DNA from: Chloroflexota bacterium
GTDB lineage: Bacteria > Chloroflexota > Dehalococcoidia > Dehalococcoidales > SURF-40
Direction: 5' to 3'
Length of the DNA stretch: 59,056 nt
NCBI GenBank assembly: GCA_043803245.1
Contig: JAZDKE010000069.1
Location: 1 to 59,056, forward strand
The translations under genes and the position numbers were made by a program. A model generated the notes under the pieces. It worked only from the letters and a program-made list of their open reading frames with translations. It did not search any database and was not told where the DNA came from. Shown here one piece after another: positions 49,777-58,797 of this stretch (positions are counted from its first letter, which is position 1; each line of letters opens with the position of its first letter).

Positions 49777-51282
49777 ATGGCGCTGAAGACGGTCGAGCAG
49801 TTCAAGGAGAGTCTCCGGGACGGCCGGGTGGTCTACATCGACGGGGAAAAGGTGAAAGATGTAACCACGCACCCCAAGCTGAAAATCGCCACCGACACCG
49901 CGGCCTTCGATTACGAAATGGCCGAGATGCCCGAGTACCGGGACCTGGCGGTGGTCAAGGACAAAAAGACCGGCGAGGAATACAGCCGCTACTTCCACCG
50001 CCCCAAAAACGGCGAGGACCTGCTCAAACGGCACGAGCTGATGCTTACCGCTTCCCGCTTGAATTACACCACCACTCCCTTTGCCCGCGAGATGATTGAC
50101 TCGTTCAACGGCTGCGTGGTGACCGCCCACGCCCTGGGCAACCGGGACTACATCGAGCGCACCGACGCCTATCTCGAACTCCTGAAAAAGAACGACCTCA
50201 GCCGGGCCGGCGCCATCACCGACGTTAAGGGCGACCGCATGCTTCGGGCCGCCGACCCCAAGCAGAGCCATCCCGACTACTACCTCAGGGTGATTGATAG
50301 AAACCGGGACGGCATCGTGGTGCGGGGTGCCAAGGCGCACATCACCGCCTCAGCCTACGTCAACGAGATGATGGTCATGCCCTGCCGCAACATGACCGAG
50401 GCTGACGCCGACTACGCGGTGGCCTTCGCCACCCCGGTTAACGCCAAGGGCATCATCCAGATTCTACACCCTTTCGACTCTCACCGCGGTCCCCTGGACT
50501 TCCCGATTGATGTGCCGGTGAGAAGCCACACCGACGCCCTGGTTGTCTTCGACGACGTCTTCGTTCCCTGGGAAAGAGTCTTCCTCTGCGGTGAGTGGCA
50601 GAGCGCCGTCACCGCCGTCTATAACTTCGCCTACCTGCACCGCCACACCGCGGTCACCTACCACATCGCCTGGGTTGAGCTTATCGTGGGATTGGGCGCC
50701 GCCATCGCCGACTACAACGGGGTAGTCCGGGCGGCCAATATCCGTGAGGAAATGACCGAGCTAATCATCTACCTCAACACCATGAAAGCGCTGGCCCGCG
50801 CTTCCTGTATTGATTATGTAATGCACGGCAACCTCGCCATCCCCAACCCGGTCACCGCCAACGTGGCCAAGCACTACTACGCGGACAACTATCACAAAGT
50901 GGTTAAAATCGTCGAAGACCTCTGCGGCGCTTTGCTCACCACCGCCCCAAGCTACCGCGACTGGCAGAACCCGCTAACCGGCAAATTCATGGAGAAATAC
51001 CTTGGCGGGCGGGACGGTGCCAGCGCCGAAGCCAGACTGAGGGTACTGCAGGCGCTGCGCCACTACCCCTGCCTCGGCACTGAGCTGGACGTAAATAACC
51101 TGCACGCCGAAGGTTCCCTGATGGCGGAAAAACTCACCATCTACGCCGAGGCCAGAAAGGACATCGAGCTCTACAAACAGCTGGCCAATTACCTGGCGGG
51201 CAACATCAAGATGAGCTGGGACGAGTACAAACAGCTCTGCCAGGAGCTTTCCAAGCTGGGCAAGGGCGAATCACAGCGTTAG
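49777..51282 (+). CDS. AbfD/HpaB-family paralogue lacking the [4Fe-4S] Cys ligands
   Basis: TDVKGDR, VVRGAKAH, FDDVFVPWERVF, HAEGS are retained. CxxxC is replaced by TPFAREMID and HRxSYxGCK by HRHTAVTYH. Confidence 0.85.
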   Translation: MALKTVEQFKESLRDGRVVYIDGEKVKDVTTHPKLKIATDTAAFDYEMAEMPEYRDLAVVKDKKTGEEYSRYFHRPKNGEDLLKRHELMLTASRLNYTTTPFAREMIDSFNGCVVTAHALGNRDYIERTDAYLELLKKNDLSRAGAITDVKGDRMLRAADPKQSHPDYYLRVIDRNRDGIVVRGAKAHITASAYVNEMMVMPCRNMTEADADYAVAFATPVNAKGIIQILHPFDSHRGPLDFPIDVPVRSHTDALVVFDDVFVPWERVFLCGEWQSAVTAVYNFAYLHRHTAVTYHIAWVELIVGLGAAIADYNGVVRAANIREEMTELIIYLNTMKALARASCIDYVMHGNLAIPNPVTANVAKHYYADNYHKVVKIVEDLCGALLTTAPSYRDWQNPLTGKFMEKYLGGRDGASAEARLRVLQALRHYPCLGTELDVNNLHAEGSLMAEKLTIYAEARKDIELYKQLANYLAGNIKMSWDEYKQLCQELSKLGKGESQR

Positions 51283-51300
51283 CGGTCTCTCAACAGACTT

Positions 51301-51350
51301 AAAAAAGAGCGGTAACCGACTCCACTAAGTCACTTACCGCTTTTCTTTTT
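51301..51350. terminator. Bidirectional terminator between convergent operons
   Basis: AAAAAAGAGCGGTAA...TTACCGCTTTTCTTTTT. Confidence 0.75.
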
Positions 51351-51375
51351 AATACCCGGTCTTATTTTTAAGTGG

Positions 51376-52146
51376 CTAGAGCCACTGGCCGCCGTCGATG
51401 ACCAATTCGGTGCCGGTGGTGTAGCTGCTGGCCGGCGAGGCCAGGTATACGATGATGCCCCGGAGCTCTTCAAGATTACCAGGACGACGCATGGGCCACA
51501 TGGCAATCATCTTCTTGCCGGCTTCGGAATCGAAGAAGTCCTTATTCAGCGGAGTGATGAAGTAGCCAGGGCTTAAGGTATTGGCCTGAACGTTGTAACG
51601 CGCCAGTTCCAGCGCCAGGATCTTGGTCAGCATCACCACGCCAGCCTTGGCGGCCGAGTAGGCAGCCATGCCCGCCAGCGCCTTGAAAGATGAGGCCGAA
51701 GCGATGTTGATAATCTTGCCCGATTTTTGCTCCACCATCACTTTGGCTACCGCCCGGCAACACAGGAAAGTGCCTTTCAAGTCCACCGCCAGCACCTTAT
51801 CCCAGTTCTCGGGAGCCATTTCCCAGACGCGCTTGTTCTCCCCGAAGATACCGGCACTATTGACCAGAATGTCAATCCTGCCGAAATCTTTGGTTACACC
51901 GGCTACCATACCATCAACGCTGGCCGGGTCGGTAACATTGCATTTGTAAGACTTGACCCTGGTCCCCACCTTGCCAATCTCCGAGCACGCCTCATCACCC
52001 TGAGGCGTCCCCGCCAGCAAGTCAGCCACCGCAATATCGGCTCCGGCTTCAGCTAAAGCCGCCCCGAAAACAATCCCCAGCCCGGAGCAACCGCCGGTGA
52101 TTAAAACTACTTTGCCCGATAAATCAAACATCTTGAGTTCTGCCAC
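51376..52146 (-). CDS. Short-chain dehydrogenase/reductase (KduD/gluconate-5-dehydrogenase-like)
   Basis: TGGCSGLG, NSAG, YSAAK, PGYF.T, IDGG. Confidence 0.9.
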   Translation of the reverse strand: MAELKMFDLSGKVVLITGGCSGLGIVFGAALAEAGADIAVADLLAGTPQGDEACSEIGKVGTRVKSYKCNVTDPASVDGMVAGVTKDFGRIDILVNSAGIFGENKRVWEMAPENWDKVLAVDLKGTFLCCRAVAKVMVEQKSGKIINIASASSFKALAGMAAYSAAKAGVVMLTKILALELARYNVQANTLSPGYFITPLNKDFFDSEAGKKMIAMWPMRRPGNLEELRGIIVYLASPASSYTTGTELVIDGGQWL

Positions 52147-52188
52147 GGATTCGCCCCCTGCTAACATTCTTGTGGATGGTACCGGTTA

Positions 52189-52962
52189 TTAGTCCCAGGG
52201 AAGCTCCCCGGGGTCGCCGGTGGCACAGATAACCTGTCCGGTAACGAAGCTAGCGTCATCGGATGCTAAAAAGACGATAATCGGAGCCACGTCTTCCGGT
52301 TCGCCAACCCTCTGCAGGATGTTTTTCTTGGCGATAGCGTCAAACATGGACTGGCGTAATTCTCCCCGGACAGCCTCAAACATATCGGTGCGGGCCATCG
52401 GTGCCACGGCATTAACCCTGATGCCTTTCCTGACCAGTTCCTTGGCATCCGCCTTGGTAAGCCCGATGAGACCCGCCTTGGCGGCGGCATAGTTCGACTG
52501 GCCGATGTTGCCGTGAATGCCAACCCCGGAAGTGATATTGACGATGCTTCCCCTGATATTGTTGGCTATCCAGTATTTAACGGCTGCCTGGGTGTTCATG
52601 AATGCCCCTCTCAAGTGAACGTAGAGGACCTCATCCCACATCTCTTCGGTGAGGGCGCCAATCATGGCATCGCGGGTAATACCCGCGTTATTGACCAGTG
52701 CGTCCAGCCGCCCGAATTTCTCCACCGCGGTCTTGACCAGTAGTTCCGCAGTTTCCTTGGAACCAACCCTGGCGATCACCGGCACTGCCTGCCCGCCGAC
52801 CTTCTTAATCTCCTCGGCCACCCGGTTGGCAGACTTTTTCTGCGGGTCAACGCTGTTGACCACCACCATGCCACCCTCTTTGGCAATGGCCAGAGCAAAC
52901 CCCCGGCCCAGACCCCGGCCGGCCCCGGTCACGATGGCTACTTTACCTTCTAACTTTCCCAT
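52189..52962 (-). CDS. Short-chain dehydrogenase/reductase (FabG-like 3-oxoacyl reductase)
   Basis: TGAGRGLG, NNAGITRD, GNIGQSNYAAAK. Confidence 0.92.
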   Translation of the reverse strand: MGKLEGKVAIVTGAGRGLGRGFALAIAKEGGMVVVNSVDPQKKSANRVAEEIKKVGGQAVPVIARVGSKETAELLVKTAVEKFGRLDALVNNAGITRDAMIGALTEEMWDEVLYVHLRGAFMNTQAAVKYWIANNIRGSIVNITSGVGIHGNIGQSNYAAAKAGLIGLTKADAKELVRKGIRVNAVAPMARTDMFEAVRGELRQSMFDAIAKKNILQRVGEPEDVAPIIVFLASDDASFVTGQVICATGDPGELPWD

Positions 52963-53054
52963 GCGGTTGTCTTGCCTCCTAGAGCTTTTAGTGAAAATAA
53001 CGCCAGCGCCTATTATACCCCAGCCGCCTCTGCTTGGCAAACCCCATAGCGGCC

Positions 53055-53100
53055 AAAAAAGAACCGGCCCAGGCAGAAGTCACTACTTGCCCGGGCCGGT
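53055..53100 (-). terminator. Intrinsic terminator after 53156..53893
   Basis: Minus strand ACCGGCCCGGGCA...TGCCTGGGCCGGT followed by TCTTTTTT. Confidence 0.65.
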
Positions 53101-53155
53101 CATTATAAGCCCAAAATACTCTAAGCTTAGGCTTCACCCGGAGGAGGCTAGCCGG

Positions 53156-53893
53156 CTATTTCTTTTTCGCTGCCTTGTAACTAGGGTCAACTTCGATAGT
53201 AAGCTCGCAGCAGTCGTCGCCAATCGCTTTGGTGCGGGAGAGATAGGCGTGGAACTTGGGGTTGCACAGCTTGACCAATTCCCTCTCGTAAGCCGCGGTC
53301 GCGGAGCAGAGACGGTAGTCGCCCCGGCGCACGTCGTAGGGGCAGTAAACCGGCAGACCCTTATAGAGCTGAATCCTGACCCTCTCGTCGGTGGCTTCAG
53401 CGATGACAATCGGGAAATTCTGAATATCGTAGACGGTGGCGATAAAAGAACCGATTTCTTTGATGGAGCAGTTGGGGGCATTGGTCAGCTGCCCTCTTTT
53501 TTTGGCGGCGTTGAATTCAGAATAAGCGAAGCTGGCGTAGGCATCATCCACCGCCTTATAACCAGCGTCACCAAACAGCTCTGGTAATATTGTGCGGAAG
53601 GCGCCAATTTCCTTGAGGTGGCGGGTGTTGGTGCTGATGAACTTGGTCGAAACCGGCAGCTTGCGGTAGGGCAGTTCTGGCGGAGGCATCATTACGTAGC
53701 GAGCGTATTCCTCTTTGGCTTTCCCACCAGACTCAATCCACTTGACAAACTGGGAATCATCCAGCGTCGGCGTCGGAGGTGCCGGGAATTCCCCGTAAAT
53801 ATCCCGTCTGGTCTTGGGCGCATCCTTGTTTAATTCCTTCTGATTGAACTTGGGTTTCGGTGGATACTTGACCTTGTCCTCTGGTCCTGGCAT
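53156..53893 (-). CDS. Hypothetical protein with C-terminal V4R/ATC-hydrolase-like Cys domain
   Basis: Strong SD AAGGAGGAG; C-terminal CPY...LC...CNPKF...GDDCCEL pattern. Confidence 0.6.
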   Translation of the reverse strand: MPGPEDKVKYPPKPKFNQKELNKDAPKTRRDIYGEFPAPPTPTLDDSQFVKWIESGGKAKEEYARYVMMPPPELPYRKLPVSTKFISTNTRHLKEIGAFRTILPELFGDAGYKAVDDAYASFAYSEFNAAKKRGQLTNAPNCSIKEIGSFIATVYDIQNFPIVIAEATDERVRIQLYKGLPVYCPYDVRRGDYRLCSATAAYERELVKLCNPKFHAYLSRTKAIGDDCCELTIEVDPSYKAAKKK

Positions 53894-54032
53894 TAACTCC
53901 TCCTTTAGCTCCTTTCACTTTTAGGGTATCCCCAACCCCCCTCCGGCAAGGCTCAGGACACCCTCTTTAGTGTAACAGACCTTCAGATAGCATGTCAAGG
54001 AAACCCGAGGCTAATCAAGGCTGCGCGGATTT

Positions 54033-54662
54033 TCAACCGACGTTTCTGATGACGCCGATAACCTTCCCCTGTATCTCCACATTATCCGTTGGCTCGTAGA
54101 ACGGCGCCATCTGCCGGTTAGCCGGCTGCAGGCGGATGCGGCCTGCCTCGCGATAAATCCTCTTTAAGGTCATCTCCTGCTGAGCTTTGAGCCAGACCGC
54201 CACCATGTCACCGTCAGCCACCGTACCGGTCTGCTGCAGGAGCACCACATCACCATCATCAATCAGGGCGTCAATCATCGAGGTGCCTTTAACCTTGAGT
54301 GCATAAACATCTTCCCGGCCGCGGACCATTGATTCGGCTACCGGGAGCATACTCTCGGGCACCGTCTGCCAGGCGTCAGAACCGGGCACCGGCAGCGGCT
54401 GGCCGGCGGCGATGGTGCCCATAAGGGGCACGCTGCTTGTCCGGGCCGTTCCCGCCCGACTCAGCCGGATGCTGCGGAACACCCTGGGGTCACGCTGAAT
54501 GTGGCCTTCCCGCTTCAGTATGTCAAGATGATACTGGACTACCGAGGAAGTGCTGATATCACATCCCCGGACGATGTCCCTGACGGTGGGGGCATAACCC
54601 CGCTCATTAAGGAAATCGCTGATGAAGCTCAGAATGCGCTGTCTCTTACGGGAAACCGGCAT
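54033..54662 (-). CDS. lexA: SOS repressor LexA
   Basis: wHTH (GYAPTVRDI...STSSVVQYHL), cleavage site IAAG, GTSM (Ser), TLKR (Lys). Confidence 0.95.
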   Translation of the reverse strand: MPVSRKRQRILSFISDFLNERGYAPTVRDIVRGCDISTSSVVQYHLDILKREGHIQRDPRVFRSIRLSRAGTARTSSVPLMGTIAAGQPLPVPGSDAWQTVPESMLPVAESMVRGREDVYALKVKGTSMIDALIDDGDVVLLQQTGTVADGDMVAVWLKAQQEMTLKRIYREAGRIRLQPANRQMAPFYEPTDNVEIQGKVIGVIRNVG

Positions 54663-54673
54663 CAGTCCCTCTT

Positions 54674-54745
54674 GATACAAGCGTTCTATTGAACGAATTT
54701 ATCACAAGTAAGCCGGGTTGTCAATAGTCTTGGCCGTGATATACT
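54674..54745. promoter_or_regulatory. Back-to-back lexA and comEA promoters with tandem degenerate LexA boxes
   Basis: Minus: TTGACA(54724-54719)-N17-TAAATT with TGn. Plus: TTGTCA(54718)-N16-TATACT with TGn. Imperfect palindrome GATACAAGCGTTC-TATT-GAACGAATTTATC at 54674-54703 contains GTTC/GAAC half-sites. Confidence 0.65.
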
Positions 54746-54770
54746 GGACTGGTAATCCAGGAGGTACCGC

Positions 54771-55277
54771 ATGGCAGAAGACAGGACCGGCAAACTCTGG
54801 GCATCATTAATAATCTTATTGTTAATCGCAATCGCCGTAAGCGGCTACTTCGTCTGGCAGGGACTCTCGGGGCACCGTCCCCTGGAAATTGAGCTAGCTC
54901 CGGCGCCACTCTTCGATGGTGAAATATACATTGGCGGCGACGTCGCCAGCCCCGGTTATTACCCCTTCAGTTCCGATGACCGGCTACTAGAGCTGATGCG
55001 GGCTGCCGGCGGGATGACCAAACCCGGGGCCGGGCAGTGGCGGCTCGGTGTTTACGAGGCTGAGGCCGAGCCGGCCCCACAGCGAATCGACATTAACCGC
55101 GCTGAAGTCTGGCTGCTCAAGACCCTGCCGGGCATCGGGGACGCCCGCGCCCAGGCCATCGTCAACTACCGTGTCCAGAACGGCCACTTCCGCAACATCA
55201 ACGAGCTTACTAGCGTGCCCGGTATCGGCCCCGAGACCCTGGCACAGGTGAGAGACATGATTACGGTGGCCGGCTGA
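54771..55277 (+). CDS. comEA: Competence DNA receptor ComEA
   Basis: N-terminal TM, SLBB (IYIGGDVASPGYY), HhH (IDINRA...LPGIG..RAQAIV.YR..NG.F...EL..VPGIG). Confidence 0.93.
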   Translation: MAEDRTGKLWASLIILLLIAIAVSGYFVWQGLSGHRPLEIELAPAPLFDGEIYIGGDVASPGYYPFSSDDRLLELMRAAGGMTKPGAGQWRLGVYEAEAEPAPQRIDINRAEVWLLKTLPGIGDARAQAIVNYRVQNGHFRNINELTSVPGIGPETLAQVRDMITVAG

Positions 55278-55293
55278 AGAAGAGGCATGCGGC

Positions 55294-57105
55294 GTGACAC
55301 TGGTATATATCAGCGGAGCGTGGCTTGTGGGCATTTTCCTGGGGTCGAAGTTTGACCTCTCGGCAGCGCTGGCGGCCATCGGTCTTGCTCCCCTGGCGGT
55401 TTTGATATTCCGCCGCGGCAACACCCGGGCGGTGATACTGAGCACCATTTGTCTGATAACCTTCCTTGGTGCGGCTCTCTATTTCCCGTTACGCCTGCCC
55501 GCCACTGATAAGTCGACAATCAGTTTTTACCACGAACAGGCCGGAACAACGCTCAAGGGTCTGGTTAGCTCGCAGCCTGAGACCGGCGGCCAGCAGACGC
55601 AGCTCCGCTTTACGGCCCAGGAAATTAAAATAGCCGACCGGTGGCAGGAGATTTCGGGCACTGCCCTGGTGTACGTACCGGCCTACTCCGAATACCGCTA
55701 CGGCGACCGGCTTTTGCTCAGTGGCCAGCCCCAGACACCGCCCCGGTTCGATGACTTCGACTACCGTGATTACCTGGCGCACCAGGGCATCAGCACCATC
55801 ATCTTCTATCCCAGGATTGAAATCCTGTCCCGCGACCAGGGCTCCAGAATACTGGGCTGGGTCTACGGCCTCAGGAGTAATCTAGGGCAAGCCCTGGCCA
55901 GGGCGCTGCCGGAACCGCAGGCCTCGCTGGCCCAGGGCATTACCCTCGGCCTCAGGGGAAATATCCCGCCAGAGCTGAACCAGAACTTCTCACGCACCGG
56001 CACCACGCACGTATTGGCTATCTCCGGCCTCAACCTCAGCATTATTGCCGGTATCTTCCTGAGCCTTGGCCTGTGGCTCTTTGGCCGCCGTCACTATTTC
56101 TACGTCTGGCTCGCCCTGGGCAGCATCTGGGGCTACGCCCTGATTACCGGCCTGGAAGCACCCGTGGTCCGGGGCGCTATCATGGCCAGCCTTTTCCTGG
56201 TTGGCGAGATGCTGGGACGGCAGCGCAGCGCCATTACCGCCCTGGCGCTGGCCGCCGCGCTGATGGTGGCGCTGGACCCGCAGGTGCTCTGGACGGTCTC
56301 CTTCCAGATGAGCTTCCTGGCAATGGCCGGGCTGATGGCGGTCTTTCCCAGGCTCCAGGCCCTGGGCCGCAAAGCTGTTAAAGCCAGGCTGGGCGATAGC
56401 GGCCGGGTCGTCTCCGGTGCCAATTTTTTAAGCGACAGTTTCAGCGTCAGCCTGGCGGCTATCTTAACCACCTGGCCCCTAACCGCCTATTACTTCGGCA
56501 TCATCGCCTTTACCGGCCTGCTGGCCAACCTGCTGGCCCTGCCGGCCTTGCCGGGTATCATCGTCACCGGAGCGCTCACCAGCGTTATAGGGCTGATTGC
56601 CCCGGTCGCAGCCCAGGCTACCGGCTGGCTGGCCTGGCTTTTTCTTTCGTACCTGGTGCTGGTGGTCAATGCTTTCGCCGCCTGGCCGGGTTCCGCCCTG
56701 CAAGCCGGCGCCGGCAGTGCCCTCCTGGTCTGGGGCTACTACCCGGTCCTCGCCGCACTTCTCTGGTTGTCCAGCCGCCGCAGCCTTACCGGAGCGATAA
56801 CCCGGGCTTGCGTCAGCCTGAAGACGGCCATCTCCGGGGTAAATATCCGTGTAGCGAAGTGGGCCGTTCCGCCCCTGCTGGTTGCCGCGATCCTGCTCTC
56901 GCTGGCCGCCGCCACTATGCCCGATAAAAAGCTCCGTATCAGCGTCTTAGACGTGGGCCAGGGTGAGGCTATTTTAGTCCAGACGCCCGCCCGCCAGGAC
57001 ATCCTGATTGACGGCGGTCCCGACCCGCAGGCCGTAATCCGGGAACTGGGACGGAAGATGCCGTTCTGGGACCGGACGATTGACCTGTCAATGGTGACAG
57101 CGTAA
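55294..57105 (+). pseudogene. comEC: DNA uptake channel ComEC/Rec2, interrupted at the start of its metallo-beta-lactamase domain
   Basis: OB/DUF4131 (FDYRDYL), competence domain (GTTHVLAISGLN, SFQMSF), MBL start (VLDVGQGEAI, ILIDGGP, FWDRTIDL), then SMVTA* instead of the expected continuation to the THxxxDH motif. Confidence 0.9.
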
Positions 57106-58633
57106 CACCCACTTTTGGATTGATTATCCCGGTCGCTTCCACGCTCTCGCCGTCAATCCAAACCGTAATACCGAGCATATCCAGGGCAAGACGCTTGCCC
57201 TCATAATCAAAGTTCGGCAGTTCCTTTTGCATATCCCCGATAAACTTTTCAAAGTCCGGCAAGTTGATAGCGGCCTTTTGGCTAGCCTTAAGCTGTGCTC
57301 CTAAGTCGGCTTTTTGCGCTTTCAGTGTTTCGCGGGTCTTGTTAATTCTTATGTTTTCGCTTTCTACCTGGCTTTCCTGAAAGCCCTTTCGTAAAGCTAG
57401 CTGTAAAAGCTGACATTGCTCGCGGTCAATGACTTTGAGCTGGTGCTCGATGCGCACTAGTTCGGCCTCGTAGATACCAGCCCGTTCCGCATCACGGCGC
57501 TGATTGGTAAGCCTATTCTTAATAAAGTCGCGGTCACCTAGATAGCTTTCAAGTTCCGCCCATACCATAGCTTCCAGCTTGTCGGCCATCCAGTTCTTAT
57601 TATGGCAACGATTAACCGGCTCGTTTACTTTCAACTTGCCCAAGCAGCGGTAACGGCGCTTGGCATATCGTTTGCCTTTGACAACCTTGCTGTGAATACC
57701 GCCGGTGAAGGCCCGCCCGCATTGCCGGCAGCGGATATGCCCACGCAATAAATACTCGTGCTTAGGCGTGTTATTCATTCGGTGCCGGTTATCCTGTAAA
57801 CGTTGCTGCGCTGCGTCAAATAACTCTGTGCTGATTATGGCCGGGGTAACATCAGGTATCTCTATCCAATCCGATTGTGGCCGGGTGAATTGCTTATGGC
57901 CTTTGGCGGTAGTGAAGGCGTAGGTTTTGCCAGTGTAGCTTTTGTTAGTGAGGATAGCCTTTACAACTTGTTTGCTCCAATGCCCGCCGCCTAGCTTGGT
58001 GGGTGCGACCTGCTCGTTAAGCCGGGTAGCTATGCCGCTGGTGGCTATGCCCTCATTGACTAGCCACTGGTATATTTGACGTACCCAGGCGGCCTCAGTT
58101 TCGTTTGTGACGCGCCGCCCGCTATGGCTGTCTACTGCCTTGACGTAATCGTAGCCGTAACACCGGGCAAAGCCGCCGCCCGGTATGTATCCCATTTTGG
58201 CCTTAGCTTTTCTACCGCGCCCAGTGCGTTCCTTTATCTTTTCAGCTTCAATCTTGGCGGCAAAAGTTCGTATATAACTAATCAGTTTGCCAAGCTCTGA
58301 ATTATCAACGTCCTCAGTAACGGCTTCCAACTTGACACGGTGCTTTTCAAGCTCCTGCGTGATGATAACGCCGCAGCCAGGGTCACGAGTAAGCCGGTCA
58401 AGGCTGTAAATCACTACCACGTCAAGAGCCTCAGCCCTCACCAGCTCGCGCAATTCGTCCAACTTTGGCCGTTCAAGGGATAGCCCGCTATATGCTTCAG
58501 AATAGCGATAGGACACGTCATAGCCTTTGCCCTGGCAGTAGGTAAGGCAAGCCTCAAGCTGTGTCTGTAAGCTGGTGCCCTCGCGTTCCTGGCTATCCGA
58601 GCTTACCCGGCAGTACACGGCTGCGGTTGTCAT
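56969..58633 (-). CDS. Large serine recombinase (integrase)
   Basis: YCRVSS catalytic motif, SG...RP, SLDRLTR, recombinase domain (YGY, NKSYTG, PAIIS.ELF), Zn ribbon (LLRGHIRCRQCG...YRC...C), coiled coil, KRLAL. ATG 58633 after SD GGAAGG. Confidence 0.93.
   Translation of the reverse strand: MTTAAVYCRVSSDSQEREGTSLQTQLEACLTYCQGKGYDVSYRYSEAYSGLSLERPKLDELRELVRAEALDVVVIYSLDRLTRDPGCGVIITQELEKHRVKLEAVTEDVDNSELGKLISYIRTFAAKIEAEKIKERTGRGRKAKAKMGYIPGGGFARCYGYDYVKAVDSHSGRRVTNETEAAWVRQIYQWLVNEGIATSGIATRLNEQVAPTKLGGGHWSKQVVKAILTNKSYTGKTYAFTTAKGHKQFTRPQSDWIEIPDVTPAIISTELFDAAQQRLQDNRHRMNNTPKHEYLLRGHIRCRQCGRAFTGGIHSKVVKGKRYAKRRYRCLGKLKVNEPVNRCHNKNWMADKLEAMVWAELESYLGDRDFIKNRLTNQRRDAERAGIYEAELVRIEHQLKVIDREQCQLLQLALRKGFQESQVESENIRINKTRETLKAQKADLGAQLKASQKAAINLPDFEKFIGDMQKELPNFDYEGKRLALDMLGITVWIDGESVEATGIINPKVGVTLSPLTGQSSGPRTASSVPVPGLRPAGRDRRQSGCPGGRASGLK
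57079..57092. mobile_element. Putative hybrid att site (serine-integrase crossover) in comEC
   Basis: Perfect inverted repeat ATTGAC-CT-GTCAAT around a 2-bp core, exactly where ComEC similarity ends. Confidence 0.75.
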
Positions 58634-58791
58634 TCTCTTACCTTCCTTTGTGGCCCGGATTGCTTTACCTTTGGTCGATTCCAGTAGGGACTTATGCACT
58701 TTGGACAATGTTCTGGTAACACTGGCTTCCGTGGTATCCAGGTATGCCCGCAACGTAGGCACTTCAGCGTGGGTAACTTGATATCTACCAT
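58630..58791 (-). CDS. Small Zn-ribbon protein (53 aa), translationally coupled to the integrase
   Basis: MVDIKLPTLKCLRCGHTWIPRKPVLPEHCPKCISPYWNRPK...; two CxxC; ATGA overlap with the integrase start. Confidence 0.8.
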   Translation of the reverse strand: MVDIKLPTLKCLRCGHTWIPRKPVLPEHCPKCISPYWNRPKVKQSGPQRKVRE

Positions 58792-58797
58792 ACCGTT

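Noticed and set aside
47323-51282. Annotation as O2-dependent 4-hydroxyphenylacetate 3-monooxygenase (HpaB)
   Set aside because: Paralogue 1 has the AbfD Fe-S ligands, the context is anaerobic CoA metabolism, and no HpaC flavin reductase is adjacent.
58634-58762. 43-aa N-terminal extension of the integrase in the ORF track
   Set aside because: The catalytic domain starts at MTTAAVYCRVS with its own SD, and the region is better explained by the Zn-ribbon gene.
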